Source: Candidatus Omnitrophota bacterium
Lineage (GTDB): Bacteria > Omnitrophota > Gorgyraeia > Gygaellales > UBA12090
Direction of reading: 5' to 3'
DNA length: 64,000 nt
Assembly: GCA_030674475.1 (NCBI GenBank)
Contig: JAUSCZ010000029.1
Coordinates: 2,357 to 66,356, forward strand
Made by a program: the position numbers and the translations under genes. Shown in pieces: positions 1 through 12,000 of this stretch. The notes below the pieces were generated by a model. It did no database searches. It was given only the letters and a program-made list of their open reading frames with translations, and was not told where the DNA came from. Numbering within the stretch: position 1 is the first letter of the stretch; each line of letters starts with the position of its first letter.

Positions 1-2
1 TT

Positions 3-3000
3 TATGGATTATACGAGCAACTGGCCAATAAAAACTTAGATCCGTTATTCTCGATTATTCCGGCGGACGAGGTATTTGCTAACAAGTTTGCTATGTTTGT
101 GGATAAGGGCTCAATATTACATGAGATGGACATGCTGAGCAAAGAAGAAATTAGATTCTTTGAGGAAGCTGTACAACATTTAGTAAATAGGCGTAAAAGA
201 GAAGAAAATGTATTTATTTTACATTCCTCCGCCTCACCGCTGATTCTTCTCGTGGAAAACGAAGAACATCTTAAGCAGAAGTATGAAGGTTGGCTGGAAT
301 GGCGGGCTCCGAAATCCGTGAGCAGCCCGCTAGGGGAAAATGATGAGAAAATGGGATGTGTTTCTATTTTTCAATTGAGATTAAGGAAGATGCTTGCGGC
401 TGTCGCGACAGGATGGTGGGAATTATTGAATTTTGTGATTTTAATATTAGCGTTGGATATAAGCGGTATATTTATATATTCAGAATTGAAATGTAAATTA
501 GATATGGAAGTAATACTAAGCCAGAGCCGCTTTTATTATAATGGGGATCTGGATGAATCAGCGGTGATAAGTAATTTGACTCCGCCAAGCTCGATACGTG
601 TTTTCCCCTTAGAAATACCGACCAAGGCAAACAGCATTCTATTAGAAAGGCTGCGCGCGGAAAAAAGCGCATTGGAGGAGCAGGCCAGGAAATTAAAGAA
701 TTCAGGAGAGTTTGCGGCAAGGGTGGTCAGAATTCATTCAGGGGCAGGTTGGGGAAGCGGTTTTGTGGTTGATGATATTGACGCTTATTATGTGCTTATA
801 CTTACCTATCATCAGTCATCCAGTCGTTGGATAGCGCTGGGGAACAAGTATAGATGTGAAAGGTATAGTATGGATGTATCATTCGGGAGTAATCTAAAAT
901 ATGAATATATCGGGAAGGCCAATGTTGTTATTGGGCGAGCACCCGAAAAGTACGGTCCTGTGGATAGGAATATGGATGTTGTTATAGCTGTTCTTAAAAC
1001 AGACAAGAAACTCAAACCCTTTAATATTATGGTGGGCCATAAAGGAATTCAGCCTGTGGTATTGGTGGGAGGGTTTAATGACTCTGTCTCGTGCGGGTAT
1101 TCTTTTCATGTGGATGAACAGATAAAAGCATTTGATATGAAGGTTAAAAGGGGAGATTCGGGAGCCCCATACCTAATTAATGAAGGTAATGAGTATCGTC
1201 CTATAGGTGTGAGTTGGTTCGGAGGTTATCTTCCTTCGGCAGCGTGTTTTACTTTGCAGATGAAAGAAGAAATGCTGGAAGCAATTAAGGAAAGACTGCA
1301 TGAAAACGGCAATGCGGGTGAAAATGATTGGCAGCGCAGGGTGATTTCTGAGTGGGCAGACAGATGCAAAAATTCATATTATCTTTACACCACTAATATT
1401 AACGAATTATCCGCGGTTCTTAAGTTTTTAGAAAAATGGGAGCTTTATAGCCGCGCAGAAAGCAGCAGCCCGCTGGGGAAAACCGCTCATCATAATAAGG
1501 GTGTCATTAGAAAATTAATAGAGCAGCAAAAAAATAGGGGTCAGACCTTGAAATGTGAAAATGTGGGATGCTTTTTTGGCTCTCCGGCGATGAGTGAAAA
1601 GGTAAGCCGCGTTGGCGCAGGCAGCCCCGTGGCGTCTTCTGTCCCGCAAACGGCGGACCAGGAAGGTAGAAAGTTGATGTCTTGCCCCGATTCTCTGGAG
1701 GATGCATTCTCACTGCCGGAAGATGTCTGGAAAAAGTATTGGTATCATGGTTCCGCAAGAACAATAGAATTATTAAAGAGTGTTTTGCCTGCAGGAAGGC
1801 GCGGCAAGATGCGAGAGAAAGAGTATCCCGTTAAGCCATTATTGGGGGGATTATATATGGATCCAAAGTCAAAAAAGATGCATTTTCTCCTCCCGCCGGG
1901 CGCGAAATATATTGACATGGGTGGATTGTTATCCGGAAAATCTAAAAAGGAACGCCGTAAGACGGTAGAAAAGTTAGAGGAAAAAGATAGAGCTTTAAAG
2001 AGACAATTAGCGGACGGTCAATTGGAACCCCTCTTTTGTGAGGCAGAAATCAATGGCATAGATGATGAGAATGGGGAAAATCCTCCTGGCATATATACGT
2101 TCGGAGATTTTCAGACGTATAGGAAGCGAGTAATTCCTTTGAAAAAAGTTAAATTTTCTAAAGAGAAAATGGATATTATTGCCGCTTATTTTAGGACGAT
2201 TGAAGGTGAACAGGAGAAGGTTCTGCTTAATGGCGGCACATTAGGATTGGGTGAAGATGTGGAACAGTTTTGTAAAGCAGTGTTTTCGATCGAAAAAGAT
2301 CCGCGCGTGTACCGGAGGGCGGCGACTATTGGGGTCATGCGATTCCTTCAGCGTTTGAAACAGAATCCCGATAATGTGCGTTTGGGAAGCGTTCCCGCGG
2401 TACTTGTTATAGATCCGCAAAAGCTACCCGATATAAAATTAGCTCCTGATAGAACCTATCGCGCCGGCGCATTTTTCCTGACCTACCCTGATGGACGTAT
2501 GGTTGAAGAATTGGGTTCCTCCGCATATAAAATTGTCAAACTTCAACCGGAAGAAGTGAACGATTTATTGTTAAAGTTTTCAGATAGGGTATCCAGATTT
2601 CAGGCATTATGGGAAAGATTAACTCAAACAGTAGAACAGTTCCTGAGTGATAGGGGTCAGACCTTGAAATGTGAAAAGCCAGGGGAAGCGCCGGCTTCCA
2701 GCCCCAAGGGAAAAGGGGACGGTTCTATTTATTTGAGCAGTCCTGTGGGGGGAAATGACTCTGCGCTCTTTTTCGCGTCTAAACAGAGCCTATTATCTTC
2801 TTCGCCGGTTATGTTTGACCCGCAAAAACCATTCAGCAGCCAATTGGGTATGTTGAAAATAATCTGGCAGGCGATTCATGAAAGGAATGAGAATAGGCTG
2901 ATGGCGTTACGGGAAGGGCTTTCGCGGCAGGGAATAAGGAGTTGGCTGATTGAGTATAAAGGTTATTTCCCTGACTGTTTTGAATATTATCCCGGAGCAG

Positions 3001-6000
3001 AAGACGATGTTACTAATGCTGAATCGATTACGAATCCATTCAAAAGTATCGAAATGGATAATGGCGGTCAAGCATTCGCATTGTGTGAAAAGATACGGGA
3101 GGCGGTCTTTTCTATCTCGCGAACATTAGACCAGGGGTATATTTCAGGCATGAATCTGGATGGTATTGTTGAATGCGCGCAACATCTTATTGATAATATT
3201 GAACAGCACGCCGCAGACGGTTACGGCATGATTATGGTTAAGTCAGTTGTTAACTCGCGTAAGAGAGTGGGCATTGAGCTTATACATTTGGACGATGGCA
3301 AGAACTTAGGGTGGTACACGCTTCCTGAAGAAACAAAAAAGTCTGTGACGAGAAAAGAAGGCCCGGGAGGGTACGGATTATTTAAATTTGCGGCCTTTAT
3401 GGATGAGATTGTTATTATATCAAAGCGTAAAGGTGAACCTGCAAAACGATGGGATAGCGCTAATCCGGAGAAAGAAAAAATAATTCGGAGTTTCATATGC
3501 CCGAGCGGGCGGATTACCATAGGTAAGAAGTGGAGTTCGGTTATTAAGCTGCGCCAGGATGGAGAAGAAAAAGATGCTTCAACTTTGGGCAGCAGCCCGC
3601 TGGGGCAAGACAGGAAAATAGAAGTGCCTCCATCTTCGCGGATTATTTTATGGATGCACCCATTATATTCAGAAAGAATATTCCGGGATGAATTAAGAAA
3701 ACATTCGGCAGATAATATAATGAGAAACAAAATAGAACAACTCATCTATAGATATAGTAAATTTCAAGAAGAAACCGCGCGAAATGTTGAAATTTTTGAT
3801 GGTATGAAATTGGTTATAGCGGATAATCATACTAAAAAAGCGGTAAATAATTTCTTGAAGGAGAGAAAAGTGAGTTGTAATTTGTTGACTACGAAATATG
3901 ATACTTTTGAACTGTCAGGATTGATGGGAGACGACTATATTTGTGGCTGGAAAGAACTTATAGATGTCTTAAAGACTTCGAATTATAGAAGTATTATTCT
4001 GGTTGGCGAATATTATGATGGATTGGGAGGATGTGTTGACGCGGAAAAGGCTATACTGGATAAGCATTTTATGGTTTCCGTTAAGAAAGACTTAACTTCT
4101 CCTTTTGGATTTTGTCAATTTGAAAAAACTATTGTTTCATCGCTTGAACCGGACAAGGTATCTTCTTTTCCTGTAGTATATCAGGAAAAAGCTATGGCCG
4201 TCTCTATTCCCGCGGGCAGTCCGTCTCGCCGACAGACAGGCAGCCCGCTTAATAAGAAACCAGAAAAGGCCAGAAACGACATAATTATCCTGCTACAGGC
4301 TTTAAGAAAACAGAATAAAGGCGGCATAGCTGATAGCGAGACAGAATTGCGGTTAAGGATATGGAAAGCAATACTTGATTTTTCCCGCGCTGGCAATGAA
4401 ATAAAGGTGGTGAATAATGAAGAATTATTGCGCAGAAGGGATAAAAAGATTAAAGAAGCAGGCCATATCCTTCTGGAAGGAGTTATTCCCCCAGGCGGAA
4501 TACTCAGAATGCTGGGAAGGAATCTCACCTTCCGGGGTTATAAAAATACACACTATCAGATGGAAATAAAAGAAGGAATCCCTTTAAGAATATTTTTCCT
4601 AAAAGACCATTCGGCTGTGCAGTTTTCTTTAGTCTGGAGCAAATCGAAGGGTAGGTATATTGACTTTTTTCTCCGCACTATCTTTATTAAGCAATTTAAC
4701 AAGCTTAATGAAGATAACAAAGTCCATTATTGCCATTTAGAAGGAACAGGATGGTTTCGCTTGGCAAGAAGGTACTGGATGAAATTTCCTGGTAGTTTCG
4801 GTTATGGGATTGCGGATGTTGTTGATATCCGTAATCCTTCCAAGAGGAAGGCTTTTGTCGCCGGCGCGGTAGCAGTAAATCAGAAAGGGCAAAGTTTTCC
4901 GAAAACACTCTCCTTTATTTATCAGATTCCCCGAAGAAGCACTGCAGAATCTTTTGAGAAAGGAGATTTGTATGATGTGTTTGATACTAAGGTGTATTCC
5001 GCGAAAATTAGAAGAAATTTGAGCTCGTATATTATCAGTGGACATAAGATAAAAGACGGCGGGGGAAAGGTGATAGCGGTATGCAATTATAGGAAGTATA
5101 TCGGATATTTCCCTTATGCTGAAATAGAAATTAAGAAAATAAAAGGAGAATTCCGTTTTATAAGGTTTGTTAAAAATAAGGATGGGCTCCCCATAGTGGA
5201 TAAAAGAAACAACAGCCTAATCATAGACCTTAGAGAAAATACAAAGAAGCAGATAAAAGAGAAGTGTAGTAATGAATTCGCAGAGCAAATCTTAGGGATA
5301 AAACGGACTGAGAATAAAATCGTTGAAGAAAATAAGGGAAAGGAAAAACAAAATATTCCCATAGGTGAGCGTTTTAGAAGCAGGAAACAAGAAATAAAAG
5401 ACAAAATTTCGGAGTATCTTAAAAATCATCCAAATGCGAAGTATCGGGAGATATCGCTTAACACAAAAATTCCGGAAACATTATTAATAAAGTATTTATT
5501 TTATTCTGACACGGAAAAATTAGAAAATGCAAAAGAAGAGTATCTCGATGAAGGCGAAAGTGAAGTAAAATCTTCCGGCAGCAGCCCGCTGGGCTTTGTT
5601 AAAACTGGGCCTTTGCGAATGGGAGGTTTATCAGTTACCTCTAAGGAAAGATATGAGGGGTTCCTTAAGCCTTCTGTTTTCAGCTCTGGGGTGGATGTGG
5701 TCTCAACTGATATAAATTCTGCCGCCGCTTCTTCATTAGAAGGAGACAAAGAAGTAGCATCATCCTCATTTCTCCCCATGGCATTAGTTGAGGGGGGAAT
5801 GAGCGAGGATAAATACAGGGCCTATAAGAAAGGGGCTGTTGAATTTTTGGAAAAGCATATCTTTATCGTTATGGCGGCAGGTATTGAAGTTTTCAAAAAC
5901 TACGATACTGGTTTGGAGACGGTTGAAGCCAGCAGCCCGCTGGATAAGGAGCATTGTTTTAATTATCCGGAGTTCAGGTTCCTGCGCGGGCACAGGAATG

Positions 6001-9000
6001 TAATGCGTATTTCCGATATTTATTTGCCGTTTGAGTTATTCGGCAGGGACGCGGACTCATGGTATTATCCTAGCCTGACGCGATTATTACACCAGAGCCT
6101 GGAGGATGTGTTGTGGGTTGAGGACTTTATCTTAAGATTCTACGGCAGTATAACCTATGATGTGGATGAGGAAGGCAAACCCAGATGGAATGATCTAAGC
6201 GATATCAACGCGACGATTTTACCCGGGGATAAATGGTTGATGGAGGGGGCCATAGATTTACAAAAAGACATAGTGAACAGGTTTGTGGAAATAGCTAAGG
6301 ATTCCAGGCTAAGCGCGGTTCTGCGCCCTTTGCCTGATCCGGACAGCTTGAGAGAGTTAATCAGCGACGACTTCCAATATCCCTGCCTTAAGTTAAATAA
6401 CGGCCGCTATCTGCCGGTTCGGATAGACATTTCTTATCCCTTGGATTCCCTGGTATGGCAGGAAAACCCTTCACAGGTGTATGATTTTTGGGGTTTTTAT
6501 CACGGGAATCAAAAGATGCTTAATACGCTTAATCAGCGGGTGAAGATAATTGAGGTCGGAGCATTGGCCGATCAGGAAGTCAGTCGTTACCAAAAAATAT
6601 TTGAAAGGGCGGTTTCATTTATCACTATAGATAAATTCCTTCCGGTTAAGTCTTTGAAGTTCCTGGCCCAGCTTGCCCGGATGCGGGATTTGACAGGCTT
6701 AAAAGAAGAATTGCTAGCCAAGGTGAGAGATATCTCAATCATAAAGCCTGAAGAGAAGGCTCAAAAGGCAGCCCGCGGGATTTTTTGGAAAAAATACAGT
6801 AGTCTGCTTATACCCCAAGACATCCGGCAGGTAAAGTATGATATTTACGGATGTATTCTGAAAAGGTCTTCTTCGGCTATGGAAGGTGCCGGCAGTCCGC
6901 GGGGGCAAAGCAGGAAAATAGAAGCGTCCCCATTTTCATCCGGCTATATAAAGGCCAGTTCATCTTTGGGGTCATTGATACCTCCGGAGGCAGAAGGCGG
7001 GAATATAAAAGGCAAGATATTGATAGTTGAAGATTCGAAGAATTTACGCGCTTCATTAAGAATGCGCCTTGAAAGTGAAGGATATGATGTTATGGAAGCC
7101 GGGGATGGGAAGGAGGCTTTAGAAAGGCTGGCCGATGAAAAGTTTGACCTTATTATTTCCGACTTTGATATGCCTGGCATGAATGGCATTGAACTTTTAG
7201 CCGAACTTAAGAAAAGGGGAATAACTACTCCTGTGATTATGCGCAGCACAGACGATATAAGGGAAAAGGCGTATGCCGCGGGCGCGAAGGAATTTATATC
7301 TAAACAGCGGCGCGCGAAGGATTTATCAGAAATTATAAATAAGATTTTAAAGGGTAAGGCAGGCAGCCCGCTGGGGGGAGAAAACGGTCGCAGTTCCTAT
7401 TTTGCCTATGCTAAAACTACCGCCGCCTCGCCGCTTATCATAGAAGCGGGCTATCAGATGGTAAAAGGTATGATAAGAGAAGGTGTTTTAAAAGACGGTT
7501 TAAAAATGATTATGGATAGCGAAAGCATGAATAGCATTGCTATTCTCTGGCAAAAAGGTTTTAGAAATAGGTTAACTAATAGGTTAATTGAACATTTTGG
7601 AATTAGGTTATATGCAGTCTACCTTAATCAAGAATTTGCCCAATCTCAAAACCAAAATGTTCAGGAGAGGATGTTCACTAAGGAGGCATTTCAATATTTA
7701 AACGATAGATATAAACAGCGTTTTGAAAGAGTAGTTGTGGTAAGCGAGGATGCGGTAAACTCAACGAAGAGCCATGAAATACTCCATGATGTTTACCATT
7801 TCTTACTGAAGGAAGATAAAAATACTTTAGATTCTTTGGTGGAGAGTATAGCTGCTCATTTTGGGAACGACGTACGGTATTTAGTTGCTTTTAAAGATAT
7901 TTCAAAATACCTTGGTGAATTTCACTATTACTATAATTCTTCTCGTGAAAGACAACAGTTCGTTTATGAGATGCTTTCTGAATTTATTAGTTATTTTTTC
8001 TCAGGAATGTTTTTAGAAATAACGGATAAGCGTTTGATAGAAAAATATTACTACCTACGCGATACTACTCCTGAGGAAGTAAAAAATATATTTGTTGAGC
8101 TTGGTTTTATCTGGCCTTCGGCCATTAATCCCGTTTACGCCGCCTCACCGCTGATTCTTCTCGTGGAAAACGAAGAACATCTTAGGCAGAAGTATAAAGG
8201 TTGGCTGGAATGGCGGGCTCCGATATCCGTGAGCAGCCCGCTGGATGATAATGAACCTATAGATGAAGTGGGGATAAAATCGGACAGCGCGAATAACCCC
8301 AGGATTTCGGCGTTTCATCGGCCAGACTACCCTTCCCTTTTTAAAGCGGATACACAGAAGAGATATTATAGTCTTCTGCGTAAGGCATTGAGTAGTTTAT
8401 TAGATGGGGGATACATTAAATATGAAAATATTGAAGCGCTTTCTTGTGATTTTTATCAGAGAAATCACATAACGAATATTCGCGATCACTTTTGGCCTCC
8501 AGAGAAGAAAGGTAGATTTGCGTTACCGGAAGGCGCTCGTTTAACGGTATTCATCCCTTATTATTTTGGATTTATCAGACCGGAAGATTTTGAAGCTTGG
8601 TGCCGCAGGGATGTGGTCATTTTTATCAAGGCACCGGATGAGATGGTTGAGGAATTAAAAGGATATCGCGCGGAATTTGAAAGAAAATTACCGGAAAGAA
8701 TAGATGAGGACAATGTTTTGATTGAAGGTATGAAAATAAGAAACCTCTATCTATCCGAGAAAAGCCTTGGCAGATTGTTCCTTCTTGTTGATCAGCGGGT
8801 TCAAGAGGCATATGATTTGCTGTATAGCTATGTCTATATGCTGGCTAAAACTTATATCTGGCGCAACCCCGCCTTACAAAACCCCGGGGCAAGAGATGAA
8901 GTATTAGTATCGGTTATGGATATGTTAGACCGCAAAATTAAAAAAGGTAATTTGATTCAAGAGGGAGAAGCTAAGGTTAATAAAGTTATCTTGAATGACA

Positions 9001-12000
9001 TAAAAAGTAGAATAAAAGACGCGAAGCGTAACTATATTATAAGAAAATTTGGGGCCAGGGGTTTAAATAAGGAGAATTACCGGCTGGATATAGGCGTAAG
9101 GATAACTTCTCTTGCGCCGGTTGAAGAAGAATACGGAGACCCGCTGGACAATCTTCCCGCGAAAGAGGAAGATCTTGAGGATGATTATGGGGAATCTGTG
9201 TATCAACGTAATGTCCTAATAACAATTAAAAATTATTTGGCTGAAAAGTCTATGAAGCCGGATAGAGAAAGGAGTATTATTTACGCGCGCCTGGGCATTG
9301 ATGAGAGAACGGGTGAATTTGGCAAATCACCATTGCCGATCAATGAGACGAGTAAGAGATTCGGGGTAACTAAATCTCGGATCTTCCAAATAACGAGTAA
9401 ACTGCGTGATTACGTTCAATCGGAAAGAGTAAAAGAATCGGGTAGTCTTCCCGAGCTATCCAAAAGGCAAAAGAGAAATAAGGACCGCGGTCAATTATTT
9501 GACAGCAAAGGCGAGTCCGGCAGCCCGCTGGGGGCGGGCATGTCATTAGAAAAAGGCAAAAGAGGCGCGACGGTTGCTTTGTATGATGGGAAAACTGCCC
9601 GGGCGGCGCGGAAGGCTGGGGGAGAAATATTTCTGGTCGGGGACTCTCTTTTGATGGTGCTCTATAAGCATACATCAACCAGAGAGTTGTCCGCGGACGA
9701 AGCGATGGAGATTATGTTAAAGCATACCCGAATGGTAAGCGAAGGCGCGCAAGATAAAAATCTTATAGAAATTATCGGAGATATGCCTTGCGGCTCATAC
9801 TATACTGTGGGGGCGGCATTAACCAACGCTAAGAAATTCATAGAAGCCGGGGCGACCGCGGTAAAGATTGAGGGAGGCCGTGATGCCGCGCCTATCGGTA
9901 AGGCTTTCACCGAGGCGGGAATTCGCTGGTATGGCCATATCGGCTATGAGCCGCAAAAGAACGACCTTAAGGCCTACGGTATTGAGGTGGTTGAGCAAAT
10001 GCGATTATTTTTTGATGCCTTAAGCCTCCAGGAGGCAGGGGCACAGGCCATTGTGTTAGAGATGGTTTACGCGAAAGTCGCCGCCGCCATAACCAGGCTA
10101 TTGAAAATTCCCACCATCGGAATCGGCTCCGGGCCGGATACGGATTATCAAATATTGGTAATCAACGATATTTTAGGCACCACGGATTTCCAGGGAAAAA
10201 AGAAGCCTTGTTTCGCGGTATCCTTTCGCCGGGAAGTCGAAGATCCGGAATCTCCCGAAGTTATCACGGAGGTTTTTGGAAGGTTTCAGGGGGCGATTAA
10301 ATCGGGAGTATATCCCCAGGAAAAAAATTATCATCGTCTGCCCGAATCTTTCGCGCGATGGGAGAGAAAACGGCAATTAAAAGAACTGCTTTGCGATTTG
10401 GAAAAAGCGCCAAGCATAACCTGGGCTGAAGCGGCGCGGGTCTTTGATGTAGCGGCGGAATTAGGCCTGAGGGATTCCGTTGAATTCTTTAAGAGGATCA
10501 GGCTGCTTTTGGCGCGAAAATACATTCAGGGCGGAGGCAATGTGGGGGAGCGCCTCAGCGAGATTGATAAAGCCTTAATGAGGATCGTTTCTGAGGTGGA
10601 GCTTTCCCGTTACTATAATATCGTCAGGGCAATAATCAGCGCGCTTCCTCATCAGGGCCTGGATTTAGACGGTATTATTAAAGAATCAGAGTATCTTCAT
10701 TGGTTGGTCGGGGATAATTCTCTCGCCCAAGACATCCGCGGAAAAGCCCATACCTGCCTGACTCCCGAGATATATAAGGATGTCCAGAATTACACGATGT
10801 TTCTTGCCGGGCAAAAAGAATTGCCGGGACGGTTTCCCCGGCCGAATGATATAAAAGCAAGAAGCTTAGTCGCGGACTATTTTCAACATACACAACCAGA
10901 CGCGAAAGGAAAGGAGATTTATACCGCCGTAAAACTATTACAGAAATATTTGGCTGATGTATATGGCCAAGAGGGACAGTGGTATATGGTCTCAAGGCTT
11001 GAATATTGGAGTGAAAAAGAGTCGGTTAAAAACAGCAATTTAGATAATCAGCTTTTAGGATTGATAAGGCGTATTAATAATAAAGAATATCTGCCCGCGG
11101 CGGAAATTATTTCAGAGATGAGGAAGGCGATATATAAACTCGTAAACCGGCAGGGGGCTAATGATACCTTAGAGTTTATTTACCTGGATCTTTTTCTGGA
11201 GAAAACATTGGATTGGTCAGCCGGCAATATCGTTAATGGCTATCTCAGAGCCCCGCGGGAAAATACGCGGATAGCCTTACAGCTGATTAAGCTGTTAGTG
11301 GAAAATACGATGTATTCCGGGTGGGCGGGGTTACATCTCTATTTGTTATCGCGAATAGTTGATACGGCAGACAGAACTTATTTACAATTAAAGAATATCC
11401 TGGAGCTTATTCTGCTGGATTTTACGGATATCCTGGATCAGATACACGCGGTGATTGAAATGCCTCTGGCGGTATACCGGCGGCATACTATAAGCACGGA
11501 ACAGGAAAAGCAAGAGCTCAAGGCGCGATTCAGAAGAAGCCTGGTTAGCTACGACAGGTCGCTTTATGTGATTGAAGAGGTCTTGCGGTATATTAAGAAT
11601 CTGCTGGAAACAGAAAAAGACAGCTATATCTTTGCGGATCCGGCAGTGCCGTCCGGATTGCCCGCGGTTATCCATATAGATTCGGTAAATAAAGAATTCA
11701 TTACCAAGAACGCGGATATACTCCAGGAGCAGTTTGGCGGTAAAGGCGCGAATATGATGGTGATGAACAGTTTAGGCGTGAAGGTCCCTAGCGGCTTTGT
11801 TTTTCCCATAACGGTTTCCCGGTATAAGCTGTACGAGACATACCCTGAGGAATTCGACCGGATGGTTATGCGGGAAATGAAAGTTCTGGAGGCTAATTGG
11901 TCAAAAAAACACCACGGGTTCAGTGGTGAAAACGCCTTATTCAGGTTTAATCCGGCTATTGATGAGCTTAGAGAAGGTGTAATTCCTCTTTTAGTCTCTA

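Noticed and set aside
93-95. ATG at 93 as the start of the giant gene
   Set aside because: The frame is open back to the window edge and there is no RBS; the gene starts upstream.
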